The notes under the pieces are model-generated. The model ran no database searches. It had not been told where the DNA came from and worked only from the letters and a program-made list of their open reading frames with translations. From assembly GCA_963768055.1 (NCBI GenBank), contig CAVYGN010000001.1, forward strand, positions 544,001 through 608,000: 64,000 nt of DNA, written 5' to 3'. Shown in pieces: positions 18,620-29,374 of the stretch (its first letter is position 1; every line of letters begins with the position of its first letter). The stretch comes from an uncultured Spirochaetota bacterium (GTDB taxonomy: Bacteria; Spirochaetota; Brevinematia; Brevinematales; JAOACQ01). The position numbers were made by a program, and so were the translations under genes.

Positions 18620-18680
18620 AAGAATTTGAAAAAGAAGCAAAACCGGCGCTTTTTATAAATTTATTAGAGATGAAAAATAT
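18620..18680 (+). repeat. Degenerate copy of 18061-18121 (UPF0175 gene fragment)
   Basis: AAGAATTTGAAAAAGAAGCAAAAC(C/T)GGCGCTTTTTAT shared at offset 559. Confidence 0.75.
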
Positions 18681-19035
18681 TTTGAGAATAAGGCTACTCA
18701 TAAATCATTTTCTTCAAAATTATTTTCAAAATCTTGAGAGATCAAGAAAACATATCTTTCCAGTAAATATTCAGAACGTTGATAACGTAACGTCTTATAT
18801 TCAGAAGGAATATAGTTTTTCAATCCGGTAAGCGGGTTAAAGAGACAGCAGGCGCGTGCGATCATGTCGGTTTACGGAAACACTCATACCGGCGCGATGA
18901 AGATGCGGTAATTAAGTTAATCTGTGAAATTAATGATTTTTATTCTCTATTGTCTTTTTTGCATGGGGAAAATATAATTAATCCGGTAAAATTCATTTGG
19001 CATACATGCAATGAAAAGTTAAACCGGAGATATAA

Positions 19036-20583
19036 ATGGCAAAGTCCAACGAAAATTATTTAAGAGAAGAACCTCTTGAAAAACAGCTCTGGAAAGCTGC
19101 TGATAAACTCAGGAAAAACATCGATGCTGCGGAATACAAACATATTGTTCTGGGATTGATTTTCCTGAAATATATCTCGGATGCTTTTGAGGAGCTGCAC
19201 TCAAAATTAAAAAGCGGCAAGGGAGAATATGCCGGAGCCGATCTGGAAGATAAAGACGAATACAAGGCTGAAAATGTTTTCTTTGTTCCCGAAATCGCCC
19301 GCTGGCCTTATATACAGGGGAAGGCAAAACTGCCTGCAATCGGGAAAAATGTAGATGATGCGATGGATGCAATTGAAAAAGAAAATGCCTCTTTGAAAAA
19401 TGTTCTTCCAAAGGTGTATGCCCGCGGGAATCTTGACCCGACCAGCCTCGGCGGTTTGATCGATCTGGTCGGGAATATTGCTCTAGGCGATGCTAAAGCC
19501 CGGAGCGCTGATGTTCTCGGGCATGTGTTTGAATACTTCCTTGGTGAATTTGCCCTGGCGGAAGGTAAGCAGGGCGGACAATTCTATACCCCCGGAAGTA
19601 TTGTCGAATTGCTTGTGAACATGCTTGAACCTTATAAGGGGCGGGTTTTTGACCCATGCTGCGGTTCGGGCGGGATGTTTGTACAGTCGGAAAAACTGGT
19701 GCAGGAACACCGGGGCAAAGTTAACGACATTTCGATTTACGGGCAGGAAAGCAACCAGACTACCTGGCGTCTTGCAAAAATGAACCTTGCGATTCGCGGG
19801 ATCGACAGTTCCCAGGTAAAATGGAATAACGAAGGCTCTTTTCTGAACGACGCTCACAAGGATCTGAAAGCAGATTTTGTCATAGCCAATCCGCCTTTTA
19901 ACGATAGCGATTGGAGCGGGGATCTCTTGCGAAAAGACGGCAGATGGAAATACGGTGTGCCTCCCGCCGGTAATGCAAACTATGCATGGATACAGCACTT
20001 CTTATATCATTTAAGTCCGGGCGGCATTGCCGGATTCGTCCTGGCAAAAGGTTCCCTGACTTCCAAAAGTTCCGGTGAAGGCGATATACGCAAAGCCTTA
20101 ATTGAAGCGCGTTTTGTTGACTGCATTGTGAACCTTCCGGCAAAGCTTTTTCTGAATACCCAGATACCAGCGTGTCTCTGGTTTTTAAGCCGTAATAAAG
20201 CTAATGGCGGATACCGTAACCGGACTGATGAAATACTGTTTATCGACGCACGTAATGTTGGGCACCTGATCAATCGAAGGACAAAGGAACTTTCAAATGA
20301 AGATATTCAAAAAATCTCCGGTACGTATCATTCATGGAGAAGTATGAGCGGAAAATATCAAGATATAAAAGGCTTCTGCAATTCCGCCTCGATCGAGAGG
20401 GTAAAGGAACTGGATTATGTCCTGACGCCGGGACGGTATGTCGGACTTCCCGATGATGAGGATGATTTCGACTTTAACGAACGATTTACCGGCCTGAAAG
20501 CGGAATTTGAAGCGCAGTTGACGGAAGAAGAAAGACTTAACAAGGCGATTAAAGAAAACCTGGCAAAGATAATCATTAAATAG
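19036..20583 (+). CDS. hsdM: Type I restriction-modification methyltransferase subunit
   Basis: LWKAADKLR, GQFYTP, DPCCGSGG, ANPPFN, LTPGRYVG. Confidence 0.95.
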   Translation: MAKSNENYLREEPLEKQLWKAADKLRKNIDAAEYKHIVLGLIFLKYISDAFEELHSKLKSGKGEYAGADLEDKDEYKAENVFFVPEIARWPYIQGKAKLPAIGKNVDDAMDAIEKENASLKNVLPKVYARGNLDPTSLGGLIDLVGNIALGDAKARSADVLGHVFEYFLGEFALAEGKQGGQFYTPGSIVELLVNMLEPYKGRVFDPCCGSGGMFVQSEKLVQEHRGKVNDISIYGQESNQTTWRLAKMNLAIRGIDSSQVKWNNEGSFLNDAHKDLKADFVIANPPFNDSDWSGDLLRKDGRWKYGVPPAGNANYAWIQHFLYHLSPGGIAGFVLAKGSLTSKSSGEGDIRKALIEARFVDCIVNLPAKLFLNTQIPACLWFLSRNKANGGYRNRTDEILFIDARNVGHLINRRTKELSNEDIQKISGTYHSWRSMSGKYQDIKGFCNSASIERVKELDYVLTPGRYVGLPDDEDDFDFNERFTGLKAEFEAQLTEEERLNKAIKENLAKIIIK

Positions 20584-20613
20584 TATGGTTATTCAGTAAA
20601 GTAATATATAATT

Positions 20614-20653
20614 TTTCTTATTTTACTTTGGGCAGATAAAGTAAAATATGAAA
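20614..20653. promoter_or_regulatory. Inverted repeat upstream of the Fic gene (putative operator)
   Basis: TTTCTTATTTTACTTT-N8-AAAGTAAAATATGAAA, one mismatch. Confidence 0.5.
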
Positions 20654-20679
20654 TGTCTTAATTTACTCGGGAGCGGTTT

Positions 20680-21810
20680 GTGGAAATCAAGGATTATAAT
20701 GCCGGTTCTTACAAAAAAGGTTATGAGTATCAATATTTCCTGCCTGAAAAAATAAACCATTCATATTCCTGGACTGATGAAACAATAAACACGCTACTTG
20801 AAAAGGCTTCTTTAAAAATAGGAGAATTAAACTCTTTTTCAAGATTTATTCCGGATACGGACATGTTTATCAAAATGCATATTTTCAAGGAAGCCGTATA
20901 TTCCAGCAGGATTGAAGGGACAAGGACCAATATTGAAGAAGCGTTGATTGAAGAAAAGGAAATTGATCCTGAAAAGAGGGACGATTGGCAAGAAGTTAAT
21001 AATTATGTTCTGGCGATGAATCAGGCGATAGATGAACTTAAAAACATACCGCTTTCAAACAGATTGATCAGGAATACCCATAAAATTCTCTTGTCAAGCG
21101 TCAGGGGGGAACATAAAAATCCGGGAGAATTCAGGCGTTCCCAAAACTGGATCGGGGGAGCAAGCATAGAGGATGCGGTTTTTATTCCGCCCGCTCAAAA
21201 CGAATTGCCGGAATTGCTTACCGACCTTGAAAAATTTCTTAATAATAAAGAAATCCAGCTACCCCATCTTGTCCGTATCGCAATAACACATTACCAGTTT
21301 GAAACAATTCACCCTTTCCTTGATGGGAATGGAAGAATCGGCAGATTAATGATCACCCTTTATCTTGTTTCAAACGGCGTCCTGGAAAAACCTCTTTTAT
21401 ACCTTTCCGATTTTTTTGAAAAAAATAAACCGTTGTATTATGAAAATTTGACAATCGTCCGTACGAATAATAATCTTGGCCAGTGGATTAAATTTTTCCT
21501 GACCGGTATTATCCAGACAGCTGAAAATTCAGTAACAACATTAAAGAAAATCATGGATTTGAAATCATCGATTGAAAAAGACAGCATTCTCAATATGGGC
21601 AAACGTTCGAAACAGGGTCTGGAATTTCTGCATCAATTGTTTAAAAAACCCATAGTTTCAATTAAAGATGTTCAGATCATGACAGGCCTCTCATCCAAAG
21701 CTGCAAACGATCTGGTCAAGGCATTCATAGAAAATAAAATCCTTATCGAATCGACCGGTTATCATAGAAACAGGATTTTTATATTTGACAATTATGTAAA
21801 AATGTTTTGA
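20680..21810 (+). CDS. Fic-family protein with Fic_N and C-terminal winged helix
   Basis: EAVYSSRIEGT, PGEFRRSQNWIGG, HPFLDGNGRIGR. Confidence 0.93.
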   Translation: MEIKDYNAGSYKKGYEYQYFLPEKINHSYSWTDETINTLLEKASLKIGELNSFSRFIPDTDMFIKMHIFKEAVYSSRIEGTRTNIEEALIEEKEIDPEKRDDWQEVNNYVLAMNQAIDELKNIPLSNRLIRNTHKILLSSVRGEHKNPGEFRRSQNWIGGASIEDAVFIPPAQNELPELLTDLEKFLNNKEIQLPHLVRIAITHYQFETIHPFLDGNGRIGRLMITLYLVSNGVLEKPLLYLSDFFEKNKPLYYENLTIVRTNNNLGQWIKFFLTGIIQTAENSVTTLKKIMDLKSSIEKDSILNMGKRSKQGLEFLHQLFKKPIVSIKDVQIMTGLSSKAANDLVKAFIENKILIESTGYHRNRIFIFDNYVKMF

Positions 21811-21939
21811 TTGGGAAGCTTTAATGCGAGAGAGGAAGGATTGAAATGGGTAAAATATCGGAATTTTTACACATACCCGGCGGCAAATTGGTAAATAACA
21901 GCAGTTTTTACCCCGTTTTGCACTATCGAGGGTGCCGGT

Positions 21940-23118
21940 ATGAATGAGTGGAAGGAATGTAAACTGGGGGATGTGGTTAACTCAAATGTAGTAAGTATTA
22001 CAACAGCCTATCCCCACAGGTTAATTAAATATTTAGACACTGGATCAATTACTTGTGGTAAATTGGACTCGTATCAAATAATTCCAATAGAGCAAGCTCC
22101 GAGTAGAGCAAAACGACTCGTCAAAGATGGTGATATTATTTATTCTACAGTACGTCCGATTCAACAACATTATGGTTATATAAAAAATCCTCCTGAAAAC
22201 CTAGTTGTTTCAACTGGATTCTCTGTTATTGAAACAAAGAGAGACATTGCTGATTCTTTGTTTATTTATTATTTGATATCTTCAAAAGAAATTGTGGGGT
22301 TTCTTGACACTATCGCTGAAGGTTCAACTTCTGCATATCCGTCTTTAAAGCCATCAGATATAGAACAACTCGACATCCTCCTTCCTCCTCTCCCCGAACA
22401 GCGTGCCATCGCCTTGGTACTTTCCAGTCTCGATGATAAAATCGACCTGCTAAACCGGCAGAACAAAACGCTGGAAGCTATGGCCGAAGCGCTCTTCCGG
22501 CAGTGGTTTGTGGAGGAAGCGGATGAAGGGTGGGAGGAGAAAGTAATTACTGAATTATTTGAAATAAGAGATGGTACACATGATTCACCAAAGCAGAAAG
22601 AAACAGGAAAACCATTAATAACATCAAGGCATATTCTAGAAAATAGGCTTGATTTTGAAAACGCTTACTTAATATCTGATGAAGATTTTCATGATGTTAA
22701 TCGAAGAAGTAAAGTGGATACAAATGATATTTTATTTTCAATGATTGGAACTTTGGGGCTGCTTTATCTTGAACAATCGACAGAAATAAATTATGCAATA
22801 AAAAACATTGGGTTATTTAAAACATCACAAAATCCAAAATGGTTATACTATACCTTTTTATGGTTAAAATCACCTTTTGGACAAGATTTTATATATGAAC
22901 AAAGGAGTGGAAGTACACAAGAGTATATTTCTCTTTGTGGCCTAAGAAGTATTGTGTTTAGAATACCACCTCATAATTTCTTAGATAAATTTAATTCAAT
23001 TGTTGAAAATTTATTTGATAAAAGAAAGAATAACTGCAATCAAATCCACACCCTGGAAAAACTACGAGATACTCTGCTGCCTAAGCTGATGAGCGGAGAA
23101 GTAAGAGTGAAAGCCTGA
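21940..23118 (+). CDS. hsdS: Type I restriction-modification specificity subunit
   Basis: EWKECKLGD, LPPLPEQRAIA..LSSLDDKI, LRDTLLPKLMSGEVRV; two AT-rich target recognition domains. Confidence 0.93.
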   Translation: MNEWKECKLGDVVNSNVVSITTAYPHRLIKYLDTGSITCGKLDSYQIIPIEQAPSRAKRLVKDGDIIYSTVRPIQQHYGYIKNPPENLVVSTGFSVIETKRDIADSLFIYYLISSKEIVGFLDTIAEGSTSAYPSLKPSDIEQLDILLPPLPEQRAIALVLSSLDDKIDLLNRQNKTLEAMAEALFRQWFVEEADEGWEEKVITELFEIRDGTHDSPKQKETGKPLITSRHILENRLDFENAYLISDEDFHDVNRRSKVDTNDILFSMIGTLGLLYLEQSTEINYAIKNIGLFKTSQNPKWLYYTFLWLKSPFGQDFIYEQRSGSTQEYISLCGLRSIVFRIPPHNFLDKFNSIVENLFDKRKNNCNQIHTLEKLRDTLLPKLMSGEVRVKA

Positions 23119-23165
23119 TTTGTAATATGGTTGATTAGTTATTTCATTAAAAAGGAGTTTTACCG

Positions 23166-23516
23166 ATGCTGCCTTCTATTAACCGTTCCGCTCTGATTAT
23201 TACAGCAAAACAGGGCTTTTTTAACAAACTTGCTGAGATTTCTGGCGAAGAAGCCATGAAAGAGGAAAAACCCGAATCGTTTGATGAATCAACGGTTTAT
23301 TTGATACCAGTTGATTTATTCGACGATGAAGCGGTATGGGAATATCTGGAAAACAACTACATGCCGATATTAAAGTGTGAAATTGAAAGCTGGTATAATT
23401 TGCCTCTGGAATGGGCTGAAAAAGTTACTTTTAAACAGTTTAAGTCCTGGTTTACGATCAGTTATCAAAGCATGGTTCATGATACCCTTGATAACGAACT
23501 TGATTATGATGATTAA
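23166..23516 (+). CDS. Hypothetical acidic protein within the RM locus
   Basis: Clean ORF with AAGGAG RBS. Confidence 0.7.
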   Translation: MLPSINRSALIITAKQGFFNKLAEISGEEAMKEEKPESFDESTVYLIPVDLFDDEAVWEYLENNYMPILKCEIESWYNLPLEWAEKVTFKQFKSWFTISYQSMVHDTLDNELDYDD

Positions 23517-23525
23517 GGGAAAAAG

Positions 23526-26500
23526 ATGCTAAATATAATCACCGAATCCGAGATCGAACAGCATGCTATCGACCTTCTCGAAAAACAGGATTACCGGTTT
23601 GTCTTCGGCCCACATATCGCTCCTGACGACGATTACGCTGGAAAGTTGCCTTTTGAATTGGCAAAACGCCTCTCTTTTTCGGATGTGATCCTTATTGACC
23701 GGATTGAAAAAGCTGTTGCCCGTATCAATCCTGAAATTCCGCCTGATGCCCGTGAAGACGCCGTAAAACAAATACAGCGCCTCAATTCCCCCGATCTCAT
23801 AACCAATAATGAAACTTTTCATAGAATGCTCAGCGAAGGTGTAAAAGTATCCTATCAGAAAGACGGCAATGGCAGGGGCGACCTGGTCTGGCTTATAGAT
23901 TTCACTAAACCGGAGAACAATGATTTTATGGCTGTAAACCAGTTCACCGTTATTGAAAGCAATGTTAATAAACGCCCCGATATCGTCCTGTTTGTCAACG
24001 GCCTGCCACTGGTTGTCATAGAACTTAAAAACCCGGCGGACGAAAATGCGACTATACATGCTGCTTTCCGGCAGCTCCAAACCTATAAACTGTTTATTTC
24101 AAATCTATTTACGTATAACGCATTTATGATAATTTCCGATGGCCTGGAAGCGAGGGCCGGGACAGTATCATCAGATTTTAACCGTTTCATGGCCTGGAAA
24201 ACGGCGGATGGCAAGACGGAATCTTCGGGGCTTGTCAGCCAGCTGGAAATAATGATTATGGGAATGTTGAATAAACAAACATTGCTCGATTTGATCCGGC
24301 ATTTTATAGTGTTTGAGAAATCGAAGAAGGAAGATCCGAAATCCGGCCTGATTGTTGTAGAAAACATTAAGAAGCTTGCTGCTTACCACCAGTACTATGC
24401 CGTAAACCGAGCGGTTGAATCGACCCTCCGGGCTTCAACCGGCGACCGCAAGGGCGGTGTTGTCTGGCATACCCAGGGTTCCGGGAAATCATTATCGATG
24501 GTATTTTACACAGGGAAGATCGTTCTCGCGATGGACAACCCGACTATCGTTGTAATAACCGACCGGAACGACCTGGACGACCAGCTGTTTGACACTTTTG
24601 CCGCCTGCCGCCAGCTGCTGCGCCAGGACCCGGTGCAGGCGGAAAGCCGGGAACAGCTCAAGGACCTTCTGAAAACCCGGTCGGGCGGCGTGGTATTTAC
24701 AACCATTCAGAAATTCCAGCCGGCCGAAGGCAATGTCTATGAAACGCTTTCAAACAGAAATAATATTATTGTAATTGCGGATGAAGCTCACAGGACGCAG
24801 TACGGGTTTAAGGCTAAAACGATTGACGATAAAGACGAAAACGGCGAAGTGATCGGGAAAAAGACCGTTTATGGTTTTGCAAAATATATGCGGGATGCCC
24901 TGCCTAATGCCACCTACCTTGGCTTTACAGGTACGCCTATTGAAAAAGCCGATGTAAATACACCGGCGGTTTTCGGGGATTACGTGGATATTTACGATAT
25001 CGCCCAGGCGGTGCTGGACGGAGCGACTGTCCGTATTTACTATGAAAGCCGCCTTGCTAAAATCGGTTTGAGCGAAGAGGGGAAAAAGCTGGTTAACGAA
25101 CTGGATGCGGATCTCCCTGAAGAAGAAATGAACGAATCTCAGAAAGCCAAGTCAAAATGGACCAGGCTTGAAGCTCTGATCGGAAGTAAAGACCGGGTTA
25201 AACACCTTGCGGAAGATATAGTAATGCATTTTGAAGCCCGAAGGACAGCGTTTAACGGTAAGGGAATGATCGTTACAATGTCACGGAGGATTGCTGCGGA
25301 ACTCTACAGCGAGATTGTAAAGCTAAGGCCGGATTGGCACAGCGACGATTTGAAAAAAGGCTTGATAAAAGTTGTCATGACTTCCGCTTCCTCGGACGGA
25401 CCGGAAATATCGAGACATTATACATCCAAAGAGCAGCGCCGTATGCTCGCCGAACGCATGAAAAACCCTGAAGATTCCCTGGAACTGGTTATTGTGCGGG
25501 ATATGTGGCTAACGGGATTCGATGCTCCGTGCTTGAAAACGCTCTATATCGATAAACCGATGAAAGGCCATACCCTGATGCAGGCTATCGCCCGTGTTAA
25601 CCGGGTATACGGCCAGGTTGAAGGCGGCCTGATAGTCGATTACCTGGGAATAGCTTCCGATCTTAAGGAAGCGTTGGCCTTTTATTCCGATAGCGGCGGC
25701 AAGGGCGATCCGGCGCTGGACCAGGAGGAGGCCGTCCGGATGATGCTTGAAAAGCTTGAAATAGTTTCCCAGATGTTTAACGGGTTCCAATATGAGGATT
25801 ATTTTGCAGCGGACACAAGGCAGAAACTATCGCTTATTCTGGCCGCTGAAGAGCATATTCTCGGCCTGGATAACGGGAAGAAACGGTTTATCGACGAAGT
25901 GACGGCCCTGTCAAAAGCTTTTGCGCTGGCCGTACCGCATAAACAGGCTATGAATGCAAAGGATGAAGTAGGCTTCTTCCAGGCTGTTAAATCCAGGCTT
26001 GTCAAGTTTGATAATACCGGCAGCGGAACAACAAACGAAGATATTGAAACGGCGATCCGCCAGGTAATTGACAGAGCCCTGGTTACCGAGAAAGTTATAG
26101 ATGTTTATGAGGCGGCAGGGATCGGAAAGCCGGATATTTCCGTTTTATCCGAAGATTTTCTTCTCGAAGTGAAGAATATGGCCCATAAAAATCTAGCCCT
26201 TGAAGTCTTGAATAAACTGCTAAGCGATGAAATTAATACGAGGGTCAGGAAGAACCTGGTGCAGGGAAGAACCCTGATGGAAATGCTTGAAAGTTCCATC
26301 AAAAAATACCAGATAAAATACTGACCGCAGCCGAAGTTATTGATGAGCTCATAAAACTTTCAAAGGAAATTCATGAAATGGATAAAGAGCCGAAGGAAAT
26401 GGGTTTGTCCGAATATGAATATGCTTTTTATACGGCGATTGCCGATAACGAAAGCGCAAGGGAGGTCATGCAAAAGGATAAATTAAGGGAGCTCGCAGTT

Positions 26501-26695
26501 GTTCTTTATCAAAAAGTTAAAGAAAACGCTTCAATCGATTGGACCATCAAGGAAAGTGTTAAGGCGAAACTGAAAGTGATAGTCAAACGTATTCTGCGCC
26601 AGTACGGTTATCCGCCCGATATGCAGATGCTTGCAACAGAAACGGTATTAAAACAGGCCGAGCTGATTGCTGAAGAATTGACAAATGACAAATAA
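23526..26695 (+). pseudogene. hsdR: Type I restriction endonuclease subunit R, split by a frameshift near 26313
   Basis: RPDIVLFVNGLPLVVIELK, HTQGSGKS, DEAHR, WLTGFD. ORF ends IKKYQIKY*, while the next frame continues KILTAAEVIDELI...LRQYGYPPD to 26695. Confidence 0.9.
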
Positions 26696-26735
26696 ACGCA
26701 ACACGGCAGCTTGTTTTAAGTAAATTGGAGTTTCA

Positions 26736-28448
26736 ATGAAAATATTTAAAAGGGTTATATCCTATGCGCTTCATTACCGTTTCCTTTTTTTTGTCAGCTT
26801 CTTTTTCGCTTTTTTTCTCGCTTTTGTGAAAGTATTGGGCGCTCTGCAGGTAGGAAACTTTTTTTCTGAAAATTTTATCGGAGCGAATTTTGAAAAAATC
26901 AATATCATCAGTGTTTTAATTTTAGTCCTGCTCGGTATTGCTTACGCAGGATTGCAATACCTTATCTTTCTTTCATCCAATTCACTGGCGGTCAGCGTGA
27001 TGCATGATATCCGCAAGGATGTCTTCTCCAAGCTGATCGATCTTCCTCTATCTTACTATAAAAAAAATAGAACAGGGGATATTTTATCGAGGATTTTAAA
27101 CGATATTGGGACCATCGAAATCTTTTTTATGAATATTATGGTGGACTTGCTTCTGCAGCCTTTGACATTTGTCCTGATTATCTGTTTGATGTTTTATATG
27201 AATACCAGGATTTCAATATACTTTTTTTCTATCGTCCCGATACTGGCACTGATTCTGGCCGGGCTGGGATCCCTGGTACAAAAACTCAGTGCGAACCTTC
27301 AGAAAAACATTTCCAGTATTACTTCGAATATCCAGGAAACCGTTTACGGTATTGAAGTAATAAAAGGTTTTGGCGTAGAAAGCGATATCCGTGAAAAATT
27401 CCTGACAGCCAATGACAGGCATTTGAAATCCGGGAAAAGAGAGCTGAGGGTTCGCTTGCTGGGGACTCCCGTATCCATGCTTATCGGAGTGATTGAGGTC
27501 ATTATTATTCTAGTAATGGGAGCTTTAAGCGTGAAAAATGGTCTAGCAACCAGCAGTCAAATTGTGAATTTTCTATTTCTAGTGGCTGTTCTTGCCGAAC
27601 CGCTCAGCAGGATGAATGAGCTGGTGATGATTCCAAGAAAACTCTATTCCGCCGCCCAGAGGGTCTTTGAGATTATTGACTCAAAAGAGCATGAAGATTT
27701 TTCGAAGCCGGATATTGGAATGGTAAAAGGGAGGATTGAGTTTAAAAGTCTGAACTTTGAATACGATCCCGGATTTTCTACCCTGACAAATATCGACCTG
27801 GTTATTGAAGAAGGCGAAACTGTAGCGATTATCGGCCCGAGCGGCGCCGGAAAATCATCCCTCATTTCGCTTATACCGGGTTTTTATATGCCCGCTCCAG
27901 GATCAATTTTTATTGATGGAAAAGACGTCTGCGGTTACAGTCCGCTTTCCATTAGAAAACAGATAGGCCTGGTTACGCAGGAGAACATCCTGTTTTCCGG
28001 AACCATTTTTGATAATATCAAATTTTCCAATATCAACGCTTCGGAAACCGATGTGTTATCTGCGGCAGCCCTGGCAAACGCTCATCAGTTTATTTCCAGG
28101 CTGAAAGATGGTTATCAAACCATCCTGGGTGATAGAGGAGTAACGATTTCAGGAGGAGAAAAACAGAGAATAGCCCTGGCCCGTGCGATTTTAAGAAAAC
28201 CAAGGATACTGATACTGGATGAAGCGACAAGCTCGCTCGACGTTGAATCGGAAAAACTCATCCGAACCGCGATGAACAATATTTTAGGAAAACAAACCAC
28301 CATTATTGTTACACATAAACTTTCGACCATCGCTTATGCCGATAAAATTGTGGTTATGGAAGAGGGTAAAATTAAGGAAATCGGTGATCACCGTTCCCTG
28401 GTAGAAAAAAACGGGCTCTATAAAAGGCTGATCGGCATTCAGGTTTAA
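26736..28448 (+). CDS. ABC exporter, fused permease/ATPase (MsbA-like)
   Basis: N-terminal transmembrane domain; GPSGAGKS, ISGGEKQR, ILILDEATSSLD. Confidence 0.93.
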   Translation: MKIFKRVISYALHYRFLFFVSFFFAFFLAFVKVLGALQVGNFFSENFIGANFEKINIISVLILVLLGIAYAGLQYLIFLSSNSLAVSVMHDIRKDVFSKLIDLPLSYYKKNRTGDILSRILNDIGTIEIFFMNIMVDLLLQPLTFVLIICLMFYMNTRISIYFFSIVPILALILAGLGSLVQKLSANLQKNISSITSNIQETVYGIEVIKGFGVESDIREKFLTANDRHLKSGKRELRVRLLGTPVSMLIGVIEVIIILVMGALSVKNGLATSSQIVNFLFLVAVLAEPLSRMNELVMIPRKLYSAAQRVFEIIDSKEHEDFSKPDIGMVKGRIEFKSLNFEYDPGFSTLTNIDLVIEEGETVAIIGPSGAGKSSLISLIPGFYMPAPGSIFIDGKDVCGYSPLSIRKQIGLVTQENILFSGTIFDNIKFSNINASETDVLSAAALANAHQFISRLKDGYQTILGDRGVTISGGEKQRIALARAILRKPRILILDEATSSLDVESEKLIRTAMNNILGKQTTIIVTHKLSTIAYADKIVVMEEGKIKEIGDHRSLVEKNGLYKRLIGIQV

Positions 28449-28475
28449 ACGGCGCGGCCGGTCAGGAATATTATT

Positions 28476-29075
28476 TCATCCTTTTAATAAATGGTAACCC
28501 CAGGCTGTTATGAGAATGACCGCAATAACTGAAAGTACAATATATGCTTTACCCCTTGGCTTCGGGATTCTTACGGGTAAGATAAATAAGACGGATAATG
28601 CCAGCATTATTCCATAAAAAAGCCAATCAAATACGGATTTTGCTAAAAAATACTTTGCAAGGAACAGAATGGGCAGGATGAGTGCGGCATATGTTACAGG
28701 AAGACCGATAAATTCTTTGGGGTTATAAGGTCTTGACTGGAAAACCGCTAATCGCCAAATGGCGCAAAAAGTATAAATTATTGAGATGAGAATACTGAAA
28801 ATAAGCGTATCAGTCAAAGAAATAAGTATCACAATCGGGAAAACGCCAAAACTGACGACATCAACCAGACTATCCAGTTCCTTCCCAATATTGTTTTCTG
28901 ACGATTTCATTCGCCTGGCGACTACACCATCAAACAGATCGGCTATTCCGGCGAGTATTAAGCAAATAATAGAAAGAACCCAATTCATTTTTAACAAAGC
29001 GATACCTGAAATTGAAAATCCCAATCCTGCTAAAGTTATTATATTTGCCATACCTTTAACTCTTTCCTGATTCAT
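28476..29075 (-). CDS. CDP-alcohol phosphatidyltransferase (PssA-like)
   Basis: DLFDGVVARR...GKELDSLVDVVSFG motif; FIGLP. Confidence 0.9.
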   Translation of the reverse strand: MNQERVKGMANIITLAGLGFSISGIALLKMNWVLSIICLILAGIADLFDGVVARRMKSSENNIGKELDSLVDVVSFGVFPIVILISLTDTLIFSILISIIYTFCAIWRLAVFQSRPYNPKEFIGLPVTYAALILPILFLAKYFLAKSVFDWLFYGIMLALSVLFILPVRIPKPRGKAYIVLSVIAVILITAWGYHLLKG

Positions 29076-29373
29076 ATTCACGTGCTTCAATCTCAAATGG
29101 AATTTCAGCATATGCTTTCCTGGCATCTTTAAAACGGATGAAATTCCTGAAAAAATGGAAAAGGTATTTCATGACAACAATAAATGTGCCGTAGGCCTTA
29201 AATTGAGCGATATGCAGATACTCGTGTTTCGGCACTATTTGGCATTGTTCTGAACAATAGAGCGTTTTTCCAAAAGCAATATACTTAGGACCGAATAATT
29301 TGGGCAACCAATGATTTTCCTTTACCTTAAAATCTATATTGGTCTGCAGATCAAGATTATATTTTGAGTTCAT
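29056..29373 (-). CDS. Small HExxH (zincin/DUF4157-like) protein
   Basis: KHEYLHIAQF and IPFEIEARE. Confidence 0.6.
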   Translation of the reverse strand: MNSKYNLDLQTNIDFKVKENHWLPKLFGPKYIAFGKTLYCSEQCQIVPKHEYLHIAQFKAYGTFIVVMKYLFHFFRNFIRFKDARKAYAEIPFEIEAREYESGKS

Positions 29374-29374
29374 A

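Noticed and set aside
18616..18831. 71-aa ORF as a gene
   Set aside because: Only the first ~20 codons are a UPF0175 duplicate; the rest looks like non-coding read-through.
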